A DNA stretch of 64,000 bases from Zygnema circumcarinatum SAG 698-1b (lineage: Eukaryota; Plantae; Zygnematophyceae): NCBI GenBank assembly GCA_037447605.1, contig CM074813.1, positions 1,860,001 to 1,924,000 of the forward strand, in the 5' to 3' direction. Positions 58,501-64,000 of the stretch are shown here, piece by piece. A program made the position numbers and the translations under genes. How positions within the stretch are numbered: the first letter of the stretch is position 1; each line of letters begins with the position of its first letter. The notes beneath the pieces are model-generated. The model searched no databases and was not told the DNA's origin. It was given only the letters and a program-made list of their open reading frames with translations.

Positions 58501-61460
58501 GTCTGGTTCCTTTCAATGTTTTGATGTATCTTGAGCTAATTTATGCTGTCAATAGAAGGGAAAGAGTGATGTATATTGTGACTGTTCGTTCTGCCTTGCA
58601 GCTTTGCCTGGCTGGAGCTTGTAAGCCATCGTGCTTTCATGCCCAAGCTGCTTTTCGCGAACCAGCAAAAAGGATGGCCATGGTTTCAACGGCTGCTGGT
58701 GTCACTCTTCAAGTTCATGGAGCCTTATCTGCGGAATGCTGAGCTTTCCGACGCAGTAAGTGGCGTCTCCTCTTAGGCTAGGCGTGTATTCTCTACGGTT
58801 CAGCTATGAAGTTAAGTGATCCCGCTCCCAAAAAACCGGATGCATGTTCACGTACAACGTAGAACTTATAGAACTTTAGCCAGTGCCGTCTGAAATAGTA
58901 CATGACGACAGGACGTATAACGCTCAACACAGGGTGCATCGCACCTTAGTTTGACTAATTTTTGTTTTGGGTGTTCTAGTTTGCTGATTGCTTCCATGCT
59001 GATTCCTTCCTGTCGCAATGCTGTTTTTTTATTGCTGCTGTACTTGCAGGTGAGGCTTTTGTACAAGGGTACCTTGCGCGTGCTGCTGGTGCTCCTCCAT
59101 GACTTTCCGGAATTTCTGTGTGACCACCATTTCAGCTTCTGCGATGTCATTCCTCCAAGTTGCATCCAGATGCGGAACTTGATCCTTAGCGCATTCCCAC
59201 GGAACATGAGATTGCCGGATCCCTTCACACCAAACTTGAAGGTAAGATACAATCCAATGTATAATAAGGTGCTAACTGGAACGAAAATTGTAGAAAGGGT
59301 CTCAACCTGATTGCAAAGTCACAGAATTTCAAAGGTCACTTATGTGACACGTAGATAAACAAGCATACGTCTGAAACTGTTCTTCAAGCATTCTCCGTGT
59401 GCCAGAGAAGGAGAATGCTGTCTGGTTCGCCTTATGCTGTTTTTCATACAGTATATTTGGAATTTTGGAGTAAAGCTTTTGGTCATTAAGATGGCGCGCT
59501 CCTAAGGTCCTCCAGCTAGATAGGCCTTTCTACTAGTGATAAGTGGTTTTTATTTCTTCAAACTCCGTATTACGTCCTAATATTGCGCCTATTGCCTGAA
59601 ACTTTGTGATTGTTTACGAAATGACCAAAGAAGTGTCTGGCTTTATTGTTTTACTCTTGCAGGTTGATTTGTTGCCTGAGATCAGTCAGCAGCCGCGTAT
59701 ATTGTCTGATGTGGAGGCGGCACTGCGAAACAAACAGTTGAAATCAGAAGTGGACGAATACCTGAAGGTGGGTCTTGTAAAGACTCCAACAATTTGAATT
59801 GTCAAAGAAAGTAAACTTTGCCGTTCTTCATTCAAAAAAAAATTCTAATTCGATCTATGCTGCTGGCAGACTCGAGAACCTCTATCTTTCTTGGCGGTGG
59901 ATTTGAAGCAGCGACTCATGCTGCCCCAAGCTGAAGCAGTGCAGTGTGGGACCCGCTACAATGTTCCCCTTATCAACGCGCTTGTCCTCTCAGTCGGGAT
60001 GCAGGTAAAGAACGCTTTTCGCTTTAACTGAGTCATAGACACGCTCAAAGCCTCATCCCGCTTTGTGGGCCTCTGGCCAGTTTGTGATTAAGAACTTGAC
60101 CTAAGTGAAGAATCGAATGTTGAGACCTGCTTTCTACGGGATCCGCCCCCCTTCTCCGCATTCCTTCCCCTCCCTTTCCCTCTCTTCCCGCCCCCTCCCA
60201 TTCTCCCCCTCTCTTTTGTTTGCCTTCCTTTTCCCTCCCCTGCTCTCGCTCTCTTCCCGCTTCTCCCAGTCTTCCGCACTCCCTTTTCTTTGCCTCCCCC
60301 TTGCCCTCCTCCCTCTCTCTTCCCTCTCCCTCCCTCTCCCCTTCTCTCTTTCCTTTACTTCCCCCTTCCCCTCGCCCCTACTTTTTCCCCTCACACCGCC
60401 TAAGTGTCGCAATACCTCTTAAAGTTCGCGATCTAGGTCTGTGCATGATAAGTTTCTAATTGCTGGAAGTTATTTCCCGACTGCAAATCACAAGATAGAA
60501 CCTGGACTTGGAACCTGGACCACAAACCTCAATAACTATTGAACTAGTCACCCTAATTACCCTTTTGCATTTATCATTTCATTGTTTAAGCCTTGTGATT
60601 TAGCATGTGTGGAGGGCAGGCTATTCAGCAGTTGCAGAGCAAGTCTACCCCGCAACAACTGGCGGTCCCCACGGCTCCTATCACTCACAGCGCTCCAATG
60701 GATATCTTCCAAAGGCTCATCACAGATCTTGATACGGAGGGGAGATACCTTTTCCTCAATGCGATTGCAAATCAGCTCCGATACCCCAACAACCACACGC
60801 ACTATTTCTCATGTGTTCTTCTCTATCTATTCGCTGAAGCGCAGCAGGTAAGCAGCCTCGTCTTTAAAACTGCAAATGCATGTTTCGAGGACTTCTACCT
60901 CTCCTGCTCTGCAGCGTGGGGAAACAGTGTTTAAACCAAAGGATATCCATCATCTGGATGAGATTATCATAGGATGGACATTTTAAAGGTCGAGAGAGAA
61001 AGTGATAGCGGTGGAGGAGGGGTGCTAATCGATAGCGCTGGGCTTCGTCCTCGTGCAGGAGATAATCCAGGAGCAGATCACACGAGTGTTGCTGGAACGG
61101 CTGATAGTGAACCGGCCGCATCCCTGGGGCCTGCTCATCACCTTCATAGAGCTCATCAAGGTAGGTCCATTCTGCACATAACTGGCCTTAAAAGGAGGAA
61201 GCCGGCGCCGCTCCGCAAGACTGGGATCCTTGCAGACCCTGAACCCTAAATTCCTGAAGCACTCACATAAACCCTAACGCGTCCCGTTTGTGTTCGCAAC
61301 GCAGAATCCGCGGTACAACTTCTGGAGCCACAACTTCACGAGATGTGCTCCGGAGATAGAGAAACTGTTTGAGTCGGTGGCGCGTTCTTGTATGGGCCCC
61401 CCTCCCAAGTCAGAGGACGAGATGGCGCAGGGCATGGCTGCGGACCAACTCAAGCTTTGA
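40555..61460 (+). CDS. CNOT1: CCR4-NOT complex scaffold subunit NOT1, about 50 exons
   Basis: Exon 1 40555-40653, exon 2 40932-41235, last exon 61305-61460. Hallmarks: [116 protein letters not shown] (59050-59241), [36 protein letters not shown]. The donors I inspected are GT. Confidence 0.96.
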
Positions 61461-62277
61461 GCATTGTGATTAGGCTGTCCATATCAGTCAGAACGGGTTT
61501 GTAGGGTTGGTAGGAATTGCATTGCGGCCTTCGTTTGTCTCATAGGGCCTCCCTTTAGGATCTTCGTCAAAATTGTCCGTTCTTGTAGCTGTAGGCAGCG
61601 TAGGCCTTTCATTCCTGACACATGTGATCCGTACATACACCTGTACATCTGTCTTCTTTCTGCATTGCCTCCATGTGATCCGTACGTGTACATTCTTGTG
61701 CTGCTCGGAAGGAATGAGGTTGTACTATATGCAGGCAAGACCATGTTTGTGGATCCCAGGCACCATGTGGCACCTTTGGAGCCATTGTCAACCTGTACGA
61801 AACCTGTTGCGGGTGCCACCGTTGTGAAGATGGGCGGTCGAACAAAGCAAATGGTGCGTCTTTACTTCTGTGCAAAAAAAAACCTAAATGTATGGTACTG
61901 TAGGTCTCGTACAGGGTGCAGTCCGGTCGTAGTCAAGGTGGGTTGAAGGGTCACCAGCCAATGAACCCAATCGAATCTTGATTAGGGTTGTAGTTCTAAT
62001 TGATGCATTCCATGCTCACTGATCCTCCTGGTTGGCAAAAAAAACTACTCGGTCATCGTCAAGTTTACACGTTGTGGCCCTCGGAGTCGACTAAAGACGA
62101 CTTCAACAATTAGCTGGTCAATTTTTTTCCGACCTAGGGTACTGTACTTTGAAATATATTACCGTACACATTTTCTTGCTTTGGCTGCCCCAACCGTGAA
62201 GCAAACGTCCGCGATTGGGCATGCGTCGTCCGGGCAGCTAAAGGTTTGGTCGAGGGCAGCCCTAAACTGTTTTTGGC

Positions 62278-63523
62278 TGCCCTGTCCTCGAAGAAAACGT
62301 CCGCGATTGGGCGAGCGGCGGCCGGGCAAGCTGAAATTCTTTCTGGTCCTCCGTCGCCGCGATTCCGATCAGGTGCAGCCCCCCTACGGCGCGTCCCGTC
62401 ACGTCGCGCGCACGGTACGGCAGCATTCCCCCACGGCAGTGGCGCCACCTGTCCGTCCTTACAGTCTTATCCACAGGGGAGATAAGGTAGGCGCGCGGCC
62501 CGCCATTTTGGGCCACACCTTTCTCTTCCGGGCAGCTCGCTGCCAAACTTGAGCTGCCCGGCCGACGCTCGCCCAATCGCGGACGCTTGCCTCGCGTACC
62601 TGCAATACGTTTGCTCTGCCGGGGGCCTTCCCCAAGGCCTCGCTCCGCGGTCCGGGCTGTCATGTCTCCCTCCCTCCTTCACCGACCACCCGCTCTCACT
62701 TGCTCTCTCGCATTCTCGCTCTCTGTCTCACTCTCCCTCTCTCCTCTCTCTCACTCTCTCTCTCCTCCAACTCATCCATGGACGTGGCAGCACTCTCTCT
62801 CTCCTCCAACTCATCCATGGACGTGCCAGGTGCTGCCAAGGCGGCAGTTTTCTGCGCTTTCTGGCTGCAGTTGATGCAGCTGCTGGTAGCGGCGTTGGGT
62901 GGCGGGCTGAAGGCTGTTGCAGCCGCCCACCCGCACCTGGAAGACCTTTTTTTTTTCCGTCGTCGGCATGCGCTGGCTGTCATGGTGGTGCTTGGATACA
63001 GCGGCAGCCCGCCACCCAACGCCGCTGCGAGCAGCTGCATACAGCCAGCCAGAAGGTGCAGAAAGCTGCCGCCTTGGCAGCACCTGGTATGGCCATGGAT
63101 GAGCAGGAGGAGAGAGAGAGTGAAGAGAGAGGGAGAGTGAGACAGAGAGTGAGTGAGAGCGGGTGGTCGGTGAGGAAGGGAGGGAGACATGACAGCCCGG
63201 ACCCGAGGCCCGAGGCCTTGGGGAGGGCCAGCTCAAGTTTGGCAGCGAGAGCTGCCCGGAAGAGAAAGGTGTGGCCCAAAATGGCGGGCCGCGCGCCTAC
63301 CTTATCTCCCCTGTGGATAAGAAGACTGTAAGGACAAACAGGTGGCGCCAACGGCACTGCCGTTGGGGAATGCTGCCGTACCGTGTGCGCGACGTGATGG
63401 GACGCTCCGTAGGGGCTGCACCTGATCAGAATCAGAAACCAGAAACCAGAAAGAACTAGAAAGAATTTCAGATGCCCGGCCGACGCTCGCCCAATCGCGG
63501 ACGTTTGCTTCGAGGACAGGGCA
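62278..63523. mobile_element. Foldback-type long inverted repeat (arms ~62278-62915 and ~62997-63523), probably a non-autonomous transposon
   Basis: Long blocks on the left are reverse-complementary to the right, e.g. TATCCACAGGGGAGATAAGGTAGGCGCGCGGCCCGCCATTTTGGGCCACACCTTTCTCTTCCGGGCAGCTC versus 63249-63319. No coding capacity recognised and no clear TSD. Confidence 0.75.
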
Positions 63524-64000
63524 AAAGTGAGCCAAAAGGCATTCCGTGAGCCACAGTACAGCCGCCGTGGTCCTTGAGGGGAAAATGCAAGTGGGAGGAA
63601 ATTTGCACAACTTCTCTAATTGGAAAAGGAAACAGGGAAGCGACTTGCAAGAATGGGTTACTATCCATGAAAGGCTGAACTTGGGATTTCGAGGTGAGCA
63701 AGGCGGCCTTAGCGTGAATCGGTTCTTTTGCGCCAGTGACTTGGCCGCTTGGACAAATCGCTGCAAGTCTAGTAAAAGCCTTTCCATCCGATGTGTACGA
63801 ATCCGAGAGGAGTTTTTTTTGCCATCTAAGGATCTCTTACATGATGCATAGTTTTTGTTTTGAATTGAAGCACAAAGTGACAATTGTTACGCTCTGTAAC
63901 GGTCCATAGTCCTTGAGTCCACGTAGTAGAATAATTGTGTCAGAAATTGCCAACTGGAATTTTGTTGCCTTAAAAGGCTGTCCTTTTGATGAAAAAAGGG

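Overview
Eukaryotic, intron-rich genomic DNA from the green-plant lineage. A streptophyte alga is my inference, from plant-type F2KP, PARP2 and NOT1 orthologues plus GA/CT-microsatellite-laden introns. Six spliced genes can be rebuilt by hand: PARP2 (-, 3' end runs off the window), MCM8 (-, Walker-A exon missing at an N-gap), a WDR25-like WD40 gene (+), plant-type F2KP (+), PMM (-) and CNOT1/NOT1 (+, about 50 exons). The intergenic DNA holds the most unusual structure. (i) A nested pair of non-autonomous DNA transposons lies about 200 bp upstream of MCM8: an 8-bp-TSD hAT-like element built from palindromic 42-bp units, interrupted by a 552-bp MITE whose AAT target duplication is supported by restoring the host repeat. 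(ii) A second, shorter and degenerate member of that MITE family lies at 7.4-7.6 kb. (iii) A ~1.25-kb foldback (long inverted repeat) lies downstream of CNOT1. (iv) There are several motif-bearing tandem arrays. At gene level, four introns best fit GC-AG splicing and many acceptors are G-rich with no adjacent pyrimidine tract. No tRNA, rRNA, CRISPR array or autonomous transposase was found, and I cannot claim a wholly new system from sequence alone. Most ORF-track entries are low-complexity artefacts.
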